NCBI GenBank assembly: GCA_051362555.1
Contig: CM120645.1
Coordinates: 6,572,001-6,636,000, forward strand
Length of the DNA stretch: 64,000 nt
DNA from: Lingula anatina
Lineage: Eukaryota > Animalia > Brachiopoda
Reading direction: 5' to 3'
The position numbers were made by a program, and so were the translations under genes. The notes beneath the pieces were generated by a model. The model worked only from the letters and a program-made list of their open reading frames with translations. It searched no databases and was not told the DNA's origin. This document shows, in pieces, positions 40,707 to 52,437 of this stretch (position 1 is its first letter; each line of letters starts with the position of its first letter).

Positions 40707-41108
40707 TCAAGATCTTAAAACGGGGCCGTAGCAATAGTCCGAAGGTTCAATAGTCCAAAGGTTCATGGGTCCGAATATTCACTAAAGAACCTTCAGACCG
40801 GGGGCGTCTCGATAGTCCGAAGGTTCATTGGTCCGAAGGTTCATTGGTCCGAAAAGTGGTAACATTTTCATCGATTTTTTAATCAAGGGTTCATTGGTCC
40901 GAAGGTTCTATAGTGAACATTCGGACCAATGAACCTTCGGACTATTGAACCTTCGGACTATCGCTCCGGCCCCTTCAGACCAATGAACCCTTGATTAAAA
41001 AATCGATGAAAATGTTACCACTTTTCGGACCAATGAACCTTCCGGCCAATGAACCTTTGGACTATTGAACCTTTGGACTATTGCTACGGCCCCGTTTTAA
41101 GATCTTGA
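40707..41108. mobile_element. Foldback/MITE-like palindromic element built of ~15-bp subrepeats (TAGTCCGAAGGTTCA / TGGTCCGAAGGTTCA)
   Basis: Terminal arms TCAAGATCTTAAAACGGGGCCGTAGCAATAGTCC and its reverse complement; internal inverted block ~40845-40900 vs ~40975-41035; several nested CGGGGC/GCCCC ends. Confidence 0.8.
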
Positions 41109-42152
41109 CGCCCCCCTTAAAACATCAATAGCCTATTAAGAAATTATTTATTCTGACTGAAATAATGCAATAATCCACCGAGCAAATAATTTATCTTATT
41201 ATTTTTTAACACTGTGACCTGAGATTACGCTTGTCTTCTGGCCTTAAATGACACATAACGCTAATCGTTGGCCTGACCTGACTGTTCCCCAGGTTACAGC
41301 CAGCTACTTCTCACCACGAAACTTTTTTTGTGCCTGAAAATTTCATTAATCTGTTTATTTGAACAATTCTGAAATAAATGATGATTATAATAAACAATGA
41401 TCAAAATTATCAAATTATCTCTTTGATCTTATTTATCTGTCCTGGGTGCGGCTATCTTGTATCTCCAGCCGATTCAAATCGATGACGCTTTGATTTCATT
41501 TTTATGGACAAGGAAACCGGAACGCAAATCACTACGAAGAGCGCATTTTAATGGTTTTTGAAAGATCTGAGCTAAACCCAACTGAAAATAAGATAGTCTA
41601 AATGATTGTTTTGCTGCTGCTTAGTTCATGTAAGTAACTTCATGAATTTTTGGAACGATAGAAAGAGTCGAATTTAAATAGATTGACCTTGTTTCAAGAG
41701 CAGCAGAACCAGTTTGTAGGATAACGTGTTGTTTTTCACCTAATTAACTCATTGAATTTCTGTTAGTCTATTTATGTGATTGCATTCGGCTAGAGTCCCC
41801 GTGGAGCTAGTGCGACATGACTCATTCCGAACGTCTTGTGTACCTGTTCTTAACCCTCAACTACATAATAGAACTTAATGAAGATGTTTGAAATTTTTAA
41901 TTAAAGACAAGCCTAACTAAAATTAAATTTGGTGAATACTTTTATTTTTCAAGTTGATTTGATATGTGACCATTGTGTTTTTCTGTTTTTAATGTTTCCG
42001 TTTGTATCTCTTTTAAAATTAGCAAGAACTTTGTGTTTGTCTTCGTTATCTGTCCCTGGAATGTGCAGTGCATAAAAGAAAAGGGGCACACTTGTTTCGA
42101 TTAATAGGCTTCATAGCAGTAAGTACACTGCTGGTAGTACAAATTTATCAAT

Positions 42153-43098
42153 AGAGTCTTTTCCACGGTCACGTGACTTCCGCTAAATTATCCGTGGGAA
42201 CGCGAGATTTTGCGGGATTTGAAGTTTCAGGGGGAAAGTGTGGAGTGTACACGACGGACGCCATATCGAGGAGTGCTCATTTCAATCTGAATTTTCAAAG
42301 TTTCGTAACATGTTAACACCTGATTTTTTTCGAAAACACATTCATGGGAGCAGTTGGAATAGAAATTTAGCAGAAGTGCCTGATGACTTTTCAATGAAAG
42401 AACTAAAAACGTACCTCATCGACAGCAAAGATAGGACATTCGGTACTTTTGTAGTATGCCCCCCACCCTGTAACTTCCTGAAACCTTCATTTTTCAAACA
42501 TTTTTTTACAGTGTCTTTTGCACCTATGTCAAAGCTGTTGAAATAAAATGTTTTTGTAATTACCTGTGGTCTTTTTATTAGTTTTAATCACGTTTAATCC
42601 ACCCCATCGAAATACAATGTGAAAATTTACAATGTAACCGCAGCTTGCTGCGTTTTCGTTGGCTAACTCTACCTTATTTTATGTGAACATAGAATTGATA
42701 CATTGTATACTTGGATTTGCTCTGTGAAATTATTATGAGCTACTTGTTCACATAAAATTACCTTAGGGTTAGCCAACGAAAATGCAGCAAGTTATTGACT
42801 GCGGGTGTAAATTGAAGATTCTAACTTTATATTTCAATGGGCTGGATTAAACGTGATTAACACTAATAAAAAATCCACAGGTAATTACAAAAGCATTTTA
42901 TTTCAACAGCTTTGACATGGATAAACAATAAAATGTAAAAAACTGTTTGAAAAGTGAAAGTTACAGAAAGTTACAGGGTGAGGGGGGGGTGTATACTACA
43001 AAAGTACCGAAGGCCCCTTCTACTCTTTCCCCCTGAGAAACAGTCCCGCACAAAATGGCGCGAACTGCGCATGCTCACGATTTCGTGGAAAAGACTCT
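42153..43098. mobile_element. Internally deleted TIR transposon, ISL2EU-like (AT TSD), with a residual ORF fragment
   Basis: Perfect 19-bp inverted repeat including flanks: CAATAGAGTCTTTTCCACG (42149-42167) / 43084-43102. AT|AG..CT|AT ends. The peptide WNRNLAEVPDDFSMKELKTYLIDSKDRTF resembles N-termini of transposon accessory (SWIM/YqaJ-type) proteins as I recall them. Superfamily is inferred. Confidence 0.65.
42433..43018. mobile_element. Long imperfect palindromic (foldback) MITE nested in the preceding element
   Basis: Paired blocks TTCGGTACTTTTGTAGTAT/ATACTACAAAAGTACCGAA, CACCCTGTAACTT/AAGTTACAGGGTG, TTAATCACGTTTAATCC/GGATTAAACGTGATTAA and TTCGTTGGCTAAC/GTTAGCCAACGAA; centre ~42720. Confidence 0.8.
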
Positions 43099-43173
43099 AT
43101 TGTCAGTTTATTTACTTTTTCTTATTGTGTTTATTTCAAGATTCATTGAATTTTTCTTTGTCTCAGTTTCAGA

Positions 43174-43713
43174 ATGACGGACGAAGTGAGTGCAAATGAT
43201 GTGGGTCTAGTGGTATTTGATACAGAGCCTGGCAGACACCCCTATGATGACCAGCATGATATCAGCTCCACAACCAGCAGTACACGTTCTGTCCGCATCA
43301 ACAACAGCCCTGTGTACCACGAATCTGACAGAAGCTCTGTCATGTCAGAAGAAAAAGTTGTGATGTCAAGAGATAATGGGACTAGGGTCATCATCACACG
43401 AGATCACCCAACGTTTCACCACCCAACGTATCACCTCACAGAGAAAAAACTAGAGATAATTGTGATTTTCTCCTATGTGGCTGTCGTTATCTTTTTCCCA
43501 ACAGGTATCCCTGCTGTGCTGAATGCAAAGCGGGCTGATAAACAATTTTATAGCAAAGGGGTGGAGAGAGGGGACATGGATTTAGCCAGGAAGTATGCTC
43601 AGCGGAGTCAAAATCTTATTATCGCATCAGTTGTGCTTGCCTTGTTGATTGTTTGTCTCGTCCTGGCAGTCATGTTTTCAGGGGGTTCTGTTTCTCAAGG
43701 AATACATCTTTAA
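43174..43713 (+). CDS. CD225/dispanin-family membrane protein (PRRT/TMEM233-like), 179 aa, single coding exon
   Basis: Intact ORF just after a polypyrimidine/TTTCAG acceptor. Disordered N-terminus followed by hydrophobic IFFPTGIPAVLNA, the GDMDLARKYA loop and a C-terminal TM helix, the CD225 pattern. Confidence 0.72.
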   Translation: MTDEVSANDVGLVVFDTEPGRHPYDDQHDISSTTSSTRSVRINNSPVYHESDRSSVMSEEKVVMSRDNGTRVIITRDHPTFHHPTYHLTEKKLEIIVIFSYVAVVIFFPTGIPAVLNAKRADKQFYSKGVERGDMDLARKYAQRSQNLIIASVVLALLIVCLVLAVMFSGGSVSQGIHL

Positions 43714-43816
43714 AATATGGTGAAATATATTTATTTTGATTCAAGAAACTTGTATTTTGTATGCTGTGGGAAGGATTGTCTAGATGTTTTTATGCATGTT
43801 ATAAAAATAAGATTAA

Positions 43817-44153
43817 AGGGATAATAACTCTTTGTATGAAATCTATATTTCACAATAAAAACTTTGTGAACAACTCATAGAAATATAATATATTCTGTTT
43901 TACCACAAAAACTGCAGTTATAGCTATTATTCAGATATCTGAGCTTGTCTTCAGACCACGTGACCTCCATTGATGGCTATACTCTGTTATAATCTCTTAA
44001 GTGATTTTAACAAAAAAACAAGCTTTTTAGAAAAAAAACAGGGACTAACTTTGAATGTAAAAATAGATTCATTAACCATTGGTAAGTATGGGAAAATTGT
44101 TGTTTACTCCAGGAAAATTCAAATTTTGGCCAAAAGGAAGAGTTATTATCCCT
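43817..44153. mobile_element. TTAA-TSD MITE (Kolobok/T2-like), copy in the 3' UTR region of the CD225-like gene
   Basis: TTAA|AGGGATAATAACTCTT...AAGAGTTATTATCCCT|TTAA, perfect 16-bp TIR; homologous to 36600-36943. Confidence 0.85.
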
Positions 44154-46858
44154 TTAACTAAGATTGACAAATATAAGGCATTGGTAGTAAAAATGTATCT
44201 TGGTTATACTGACATGGATAGTTTGCTATTGTAGTTAGAGCATGTAATAGATCTGATAAAAATGGTGCTGCTTTCATTTTTTGTTAGTGAAATACTTTAG
44301 CAAGTATCAACTTGTGTTTAGTTTTCATTTATTCTTTTTTCTTGTATGGAAAATTTTTTATGTTTTTTATTTCTATCTGTCTTTAAATATGTTTTATTAT
44401 CAGACTTGTACGTGGTGCATGTTTTAAAGCCAGTATCAACAGAAGACATTGTATCCATATCTCATGTGAATATATTTGCTAAAAATCAATAAAAATAGAT
44501 TTGATAAAAATAAATAAATAAATAAATAAATAAGATAAAAATCCAGTCTATGCAAACATGTAATCTGTGATAATTAGTAACCTATAGGCATTTAAAAAGA
44601 GGAATATTTTTCATTCACAACATTTTCTTTGTGAAACACATCCAAGGTAGTTGAAATAGCAGTGAAGTTGCTTTTTTCATGTGCATGCGGGAGTAGGCAT
44701 TCACATTTTTGTCTACCTGTTTGCAGTACTTTATTCTAGCATGTTAACTTCTATTGTATTGTGCATAATATGCCACTGAATATATGAAATGCATAATGAT
44801 AAAGAAACTGGTTTCTAAATGGCATGCTGATGTAATAATTGTTGCTCTCTGAAGAATTCTCTTTTCATTCTGTGCAGCTTTTTATATTTATTTATTTATT
44901 TACTTATTTTTGCTTAGTGCTGCAGTAGCTAATGTGCAGATAAAGATAAAAAGTCAGTGATTTTGATGCTAAACAGAATACTTTCACAAGGTTTTAACTG
45001 TTTTCCTTCTGCATATTTTGGCCTATTATTTTGGGCCTGTAATTATGCCAAACTTATTGAGATCCAAAAAAGTAATCTTAATTCTGCACTTGCTGATGGA
45101 GGGCATTAAGTATTTTTTTATACATTGGTTATGGTAATGTGTTAATTGAGGTGTAGTGTTGGTAATACAGATAGTATTAAAAGTAATTCATAAATAAATG
45201 TGAAAGTACCGGTGTAGGAAATGTAACTGTCAGACTACTCCATAAATGTTATTATAATTGTTAACTATTTTACCAACCAGATGAGTATGTAATTGAGTGT
45301 ATTTGTAATGAATATAGAAGATTAAAGAACTTAAAGATGTCAGTTTATTAAAAAAAATGTAAAGTGACAAACGAGCAAACGGACTGAAAACATTACAGTA
45401 TGTTGATGTTTGCATTGTGGCATTGAACTTTTCCATGTTATACTTGTCCCATTTTCCTATGCATAAATGAATGTGTTCCTGTACATAATTATCAAACAAC
45501 AAATTATGGTAATCAACATTTTTTCTTTTATTTTACATGATTGAAAATTTTTAACATTATGACATGATTTTGGATGGGGAATCTCATTCTGTGGTCACCT
45601 TTATTTTCTTGCTCATGGGTCAGCAATTTGCTCAGGCAATAATGCCAATTATCATTCCAGCTAAACAGCAATATGTCTTTCTCTATGCAATGGCCTATAC
45701 ATACATACCTATACAATTGATTCCAGAAATCATAACCATGGTGCACAGCACAGTATCGAAGCATGCTATATGCCAAAATCCATTTCTTTGGCTTTTTTAT
45801 TTCCATGCAATATTTAAAGGCATGAAAAAAAGTGGAAAAGGTGAAATTAAAGGAAAATATAGCTAAAATGTTCTTTTCTAATTTTTTTTTTTGGGGGGGG
45901 GGGATTTGATTCCTCTTTGTGTAAATGTGAACTACTGAAGCTAGAAGAGAAATAAAATATGAGTGAATGATAAGTATACTTCATTTGTTAAGGTAAATCA
46001 GAATTTTGTTGAATTATGTTCAAACATATTTAAATCTTGAATCATGCATTGTTGCTTTTATTTTTGATCATCGTTATGACAGTAGCATGCAGTGGACATG
46101 GTTTAGGTTGAGGAGGTTATATCATCTTGCTTGGTTAAATCTAATTTAGGTGAAAGGGTATACCTAAGGCTTCTAATTTTACTAGTGTTTATAATCACTG
46201 TCATTATCTCTTGATGTGGCACAGCTGAAATAAAACTTTTTTTTAAAGAGAAGGTTTCAACTTTTTCACCACCAAAATTTTAAAGAATTCCTTGGTGATT
46301 TTTCAGTTTCACTGGACCTAAATCTGTACCAACTAGGTTGATTATTTACTTACAATATGAAGAGGAATGAATTTTAGATTTTTATAGGATGAAATATAGT
46401 ATATAATACTATGCAATATCTCTATGTATGTATGTGATAAAATATTTTTTTACTAACACCATGCAAGGCAGGACTTTCTCTTGGAGATTGACCTCAGGAT
46501 ACACTTAATGAAGATAGCTATGTAGCAATGATATTGTTATATCATTTTTCTTATTATTTGAAGTTGAATTTGAATAAATACTGAAAGTTCCCATTGTAGT
46601 GCATTGTTTTTTCTTTTTGATTTTCAAGTATTTCATTTAAAATCTTTTGTTGATAAGAAATATTTGCAGATTAAGTGAAAAATATAAAGGACTGGGCTTT
46701 TAGCATAGATTTTAGTGGATTACCCCAACATGTGCGTGTCATATCGGTAGGCAGCATATTCCCATTACCAGTACTACAGAGACGCCATATTGGGTCCAAG
46801 AAGAAAGAGAGGCAAAGCTGTCTGAACGACAATATAATCTTGCGGATTGGGTGTTGTT

Positions 46859-49800
46859 ATGGCTGGGTTGCCGCGTCGTATAATAAAGGTAAACCCCAGC
46901 TTTTGTGTTTAATCAGATATACACGTCTGTCTAGATTTTGACTAGAAAACGTGCTGATGGAGACTGACCCGAACGGAAGACCGATCAGGAGATACCGACT
47001 GACGGACAGATGATTGACAAGCCATTAGAACTTGAGAATTACTAAACTGAAAGATAGATGACAAAGAAATCAGTGAAAGGGGTCCATTAACATTTCCTTA
47101 AATATTTTAAGGATCGAAGATCGTTTATTGTTGCCATTGTCTATTGATTTGTCATAGTGAGCTTGGAACTCGGAAGTTTAGTTTTCCGTCTCTCGAGGAA
47201 GAATGTAGAAAATCGTACTTTATTCTTCATATTCATATTTTAGTTAAATTACAAAAGTAGCCAACCATTGACATTGCCATTTCAAATATTTTTTTGGAAA
47301 AACGCTCCCAATTTTGAACCTTAAAACAGTGATAAAAACAAAGACCGGTAATAAACCTAGAAGGAAAAGATAGGGAATTCCCCCAAACCAGCAATTGACA
47401 AAGACAATTTGAAATAAGGCGCACACGTTTTATTTTGAAATAGATCCATTGGAAATCCAGTCATGAACTTTTTAACATGTTATCCTAAGCTGAATAGTGT
47501 TTTCTTTATCTTCTTAAGCTTCTTCATGTTTGGACATTGAATAATTTTACGTGTAGTTAGTATGACTCATTGATGTCCCCCCCCCCCTCCCTCACTGTAT
47601 TTGATGTATGTGGAATGAAGAGTCAGAGCTACTCTTAGCAAGTTTTGAGAAACGTCACACTCAACTTATTGGAGGTTATGTGGTGCTTGATATCTACCTA
47701 TTGTCCTTTGGGGATTTGTGTTGTTTTATATCTTGCCTGTTTCCTGTAAGAAAAAAGATAAGTCCTCATGACACAGTGTCACATTACAACCTCTCTGAAT
47801 CTCAACTTAAAGTAAGGAAGTTAATACCCCTGTTCTTAATTGAAGTGAAATTTGATCCAGTGAAAGCAAAATGAAAACAAGGAGACAAACTCTTTGAAAC
47901 AGGAATGTGATTAAATTGAAAAAAAAAAACAAAAAACGTACAGCTCATTTCAAAAATATTCTTTCTGAACTAGTTGTATTCCTCTTTAAAGATTTTTTTT
48001 TACAACAGGAACTCTATGGTTAAAATGCTAAATTTTTTTTTCATAAATTTCTCTTTTTTATTACATCAATAAATAAATGAAAAGAAATGGTTGGCTTCAA
48101 GTTTTTTATATAGTGTTATATAGTTAGAACTCCAGTCTAGTGGTATTAACAAACTACTGGAGCAATTTTAAAGTTACTAATACAAAAGTAAGCCAATGTC
48201 ATGCTTGCACTATGCTTTCTGTTTATGAATGCAATATATGAAAACATTTGAAAACATTTGACAAAACACTGAAATATAAATTGTCTTTAATATCTCAGTG
48301 GATGTTATAATAAAAATCCACTTCTGAAAACAAATCATTACACATTCTTAGCTAAATTTTAATTTTTTTCTTTCTTATTTTGAAGGAGACTCAGCGTCTT
48401 ATGCAAGAACCTGTCCCAGGGATAAAAGCGGAACCAGATGAGGGCAATGCTAGGTATTTCCATGTGGTAGTTGCAGGGCCTGATGGGGTAAGGAGAATGT
48501 GTTTGGTGTGACTGTGTTAGGAATGTGTTGGGTGTGACTGTGTTTGGAATGTGTTGGGTGTGACTGTGTGTTCACAGATGGACCTGCTGCTGTTAAAACA
48601 TTGCATCAGTTACCATAGTTTTAGAAGTTGGGGTTGTAGTAGCCTGGGAAGATCTTATACTCAGTCCCATGTGTGTTATATCCTGACCTCTGTTTGCACA
48701 TTTATATTTTGACCCCTGAATACTTTCTTATCACAAAATTTATTACCATTTAAGAGTTTTGTCACAAAATTATTAAATTTTGATTTATTTTGATTTACAA
48801 ACAGAATGTATTACCAAGAATGTTCAACCAAAATAGCCAAAATTGAGAGAAGACCACAAAAGTTAATTTTAAACTATAAATATGATCCAGTTAGAGTTTG
48901 CGTGTGTGCTGTCTGCTTGCATTGAATGCAGAGTGTCTGTTTATATCAACTATTATTGCCTTCTGTGATCTTTGTCATTTGAGCATGTATAGCATAAGCT
49001 AGAATTTGTATTGCAGAGCTTTTTTTTTTTTTTTTTTTTTTTTTGCATTTCGATTAAATGCCAATTAATGATAAAACAATGTTGAATGAAATTTCTGTGT
49101 TATTATTAAACCTTAAGAAGTTTACAGATACGAAAAATGAAACTTTCATATGAGAATAAATCCAATTTAGGGCACATTTTTTAGGGTAGAATTTGGCCAT
49201 TTTGGTTGAACATTCTTGGTTTTACATTTTTGCTATTAATGAATGTTAACACAATCTCTCTTCTTACCTACCCTCTAGTCTCCATATGAAGGTGGTACTT
49301 TCAAACTGGAACTGTTTTTGCCTGAAGAATATCCAATGTCAGCACCCAAAGTACGCTTTATGACAAAGATTTATCATCCTAATATTGATAAGCTCGGCAG
49401 AATCTGTCTAGACATATTGAAAGGTAAGGTTTCATCACCAGATGTCACTGTAAGATAAGCCACTTACTTGGCCTTTAGATGTAAAACTTGTGGAAATTGA
49501 AAATTAACTAAAATACTGTAGGAAGCAAAAATAAATAAAATTTTCAGCATACAATAGCAAAAATTGGTTATCAAGTTGTTGCATATTATACAAAATGTTG
49601 CCACTGGGATTTTCTTATTTTTTCAGTAGTTATATTATTTTTATGGAATGAAGCTCTACAATAATATGTAGTAAATATTTCAGATAGTGAAAATGTTATT
49701 TGCATTATTCATTTTCTCATCAAATTTTCTATAATCTTCTTCAGACAAATGGAGTCCTGCTTTGCAGATCCGCACAGTTTTGCTCTCAATTCAAGCTTTA

Positions 49801-50222
49801 TTAAGTGCTCCTAATCCAGATGATCCTCTAGCCAATGATGTAGCAGAACAATGGAAAGTTAATGAAGCAGAAGCTATAGCAACAGGTATGGTAATGACCC
49901 ATAGGTTCACCGGGTGTTCAGTGAGGTGTTGGTGAACTACACAAGCAGAAGCAGGGCTAGATTTCACATTCAATTTGGCAATTGCTGATGAGTGGTGTCT
50001 CTGACTTGTACATGCCGAAAATGGTTCAAACTCATTTATACGTGTTTGTATGCAAATTACAACACTTCCCTATCTTCTTGACATCTACTGTGGTTTAAAT
50101 GATAGTTTACTTTCATTCATTGCAAACTCTAGCATGGAAGTGAATGGATTGTGATTTTTATGTACAGACACAGATGTGTCTGTACATATAGCCATCATCT
50201 GCGTCTGTCGTCGCCGTCGCCG

Positions 50223-50253
<31 letters not shown>

Positions 50254-51566
50254 GCACTTTTACCGATAACACGATAAGTGGAAAACCATTTTACCTTTTG
50301 ACTTGAAACTTGCAGAACTGATGAATATTCATAATACGCAGGTCAAGTTCGAAAATCAGCATGATCGGGTCACTTTTAGGGAATTTATGCTGTTTTTTCA
50401 CTTTTTTCAGCATATATGCAGCACCGATAACACGATAAGTGGAAAACCATTTTACCTTTTGACTTGAAACTTACAGAACTGATGAATATTCATAATACGC
50501 AGGTCAAGTTCAAAAATCAGCATGATTGGGTTACTTTTAGGGAATTTATGCTGTTTTTTCACTTTTTTCAGCATGTATGCAGCACCGATAACACAATAAG
50601 TGGAAAACCATTTTACCTTTTGACTTGAAACTTACAGAACTGATGAATATTCATAATACGCAGGTCAAGTTCGAAAATCAGCATGATCGGGTCACTTTTA
50701 GGGAATTTATGCTGTTTTTTCACTTTTTTCAATATAAATGCAACACTGATAACACAATATAAGAAAAACGGATTGGCCAATTGTAATTATACTCACAGGA
50801 GTGGTCAATCTTACTAAAACGCAGGTTGAGTTCGAAAATAAGCATAATCGGGCCATTACTTAAGAAGTTATACTGTTTTTTCACATTCCCTCAGATTCAA
50901 TTATTAGGCATGTTAACAGTCTCATTATTTAACTAATAAGATGCCTAAAAGTGTTTGTTTGATATTTCCTGCATCTTTACAACATTGTTAGTTGATTATG
51001 TCAAAAACATGGTAAACTTGTTATCATGTATTGTGTAATAAAGTGTCAAAAATGGAAATAAACTCATATCATTGCAGTTTGTCAGATTCAATCATTCTCT
51101 ATGTTCAGAATCTCAGAATGGAGGAATTTGGACATTTAACACTGTTCTATTGATACTTTTCCCATCTCATCAATTTTCTTAGTTGGACATATAAAAATGG
51201 CAGTAAAATGTTTATTTTGTTTTATGTTAAAAAAGTGTTAAAAATAGAAATAAACCCATTTCAGAAAAGTGCTGTCTTGTTTACATTTTGGCATTATCAA
51301 GGCATGACTTTGAAGTTCCATGGGCCTGAAGACCTTTGCTAGTCACATTTTCTGAATATCTGTGATACAAATATTTTATAATTAAAAATTGATGGTCATT
51401 AAGCTGTTAAACATTATGTAATATTGCATCAAAATTTGAAGAAACCCCCATTTTGGGCACTGCTTCCATGATGACCATTTAAGGAAAATCATGTCACTTA
51501 CTGTTTTCAAACTTACAGGATAGAAACATGGGACTAAAATACAGCTTCAGTAGGCAATGCAGTCTG

Positions 51567-51597
<31 letters not shown>

Positions 51598-52437
51598 AGT
51601 TAAACAGTTTTTTGTGAAAATTTAATTTTTCACATATTGGCATTTTCAAGGTGTGACTTTAAAGTTCCATGATCTTGAAGACTTTTGCTTGTCACATTTT
51701 CTGAATGTCCATGTTACTAATATTTTATTAATAACATTTGATTGTCATTATGCTGTTAAACATTATGTAATGTTGCATCAAAATTTGAAGAAACCCCTAT
51801 TTTGGGCACTGCTCCTATGCTGACCATTTAAGGGAAATCATGTCACTTACTGTTCTCAAACTTACAGGAAAGAAACATGGGTCTAACATACAGCTTCAAT
51901 AGGCAACGCAGTCTGTTTGGTAAATTTTTCTGGCAATTTAACAGTTTTTTGTGAAAATTTAATTTTTCACTTATTTGCATCTTTATTTTCTGTTCTTTGT
52001 CTGTACATTTGACAGCTTTGCTGCCTTGTTTTCTAGTATGATTTTTTCTATAGTTTTTGGCATCAGGTGTTTTTATTTAGGAGGCTTTATCAAGCAGCTC
52101 TTACCCTAGTCTGATAACTACATTCAGCCATTAAATTGGAAAATTCTTTTTGAGTTAAAAATTACTGTGACCAAAGACACCAATCAAATATTATTCCCAT
52201 AAAAAAAAAGGTTATTTTTTTATTGGAATTGGTTAGGCTATGTGTGTTTATCTGTAAATTAGTGGATCATATAATATGTAAAAAATTTCTTTTGATCATA
52301 AATTTCGATGGAATTTTCATAAAAGTAGATCCAAGTGAAAGAAGTGATTACCATTTCAGCTAATATTAAAAAAAAAATTATCGTTTTCAGCCCGTAGTTG
52401 GACAAAGTCATATGCAGTCCCAAACAGCAGTAAATGA
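46859..52437 (+). CDS. UBE2N: Ubiquitin-conjugating enzyme E2 N (Ubc13), 5 exons, 154 aa
   Basis: Exons 46859-46888, 48386-48487, 49279-49423, 49745-49885, 52391-52437. Translation [38 protein letters not shown]...[57 protein letters not shown]. Confidence 0.98.
48495..48570. repeat. 24-bp minisatellite (GGAATGTGTTGGGTGTGACTGTGT)x3
   Basis: Tandem units immediately after the UBE2N exon 2 donor. Confidence 0.85.
48815..49218. mobile_element. P-element-type MITE (~400 bp) in UBE2N intron 2
   Basis: TIR CAAGAATGTTCAACCAAAAT / ATTTTGGTTGAACATTCTTG; CA..TG termini; flanks GTATTAC and GTTTTAC (6/7 match). Confidence 0.72.
50155..52032 (+). mobile_element. Helentron-associated non-autonomous element (HINE/DINE-1/pearl-like) with internal satellite arrays
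   Basis: T-run, subTIR ATGTACAGACA (50160-50170), local IR TGTCTGTACAT (50177-50187), (CGT/CGC)n microsatellite, ~4 x 161-bp repeats from 50262, 2 x ~349-bp repeats (~51283-51980), 3' subTIR (51998-52008), short hairpin CAGC-TTT-GCTG, T-run. Confidence 0.8.

Noticed and set aside
40730-41090. CRISPR-like short repeats
   Set aside because: Eukaryotic context, repeats abut or invert without unique spacers, and no cas genes.
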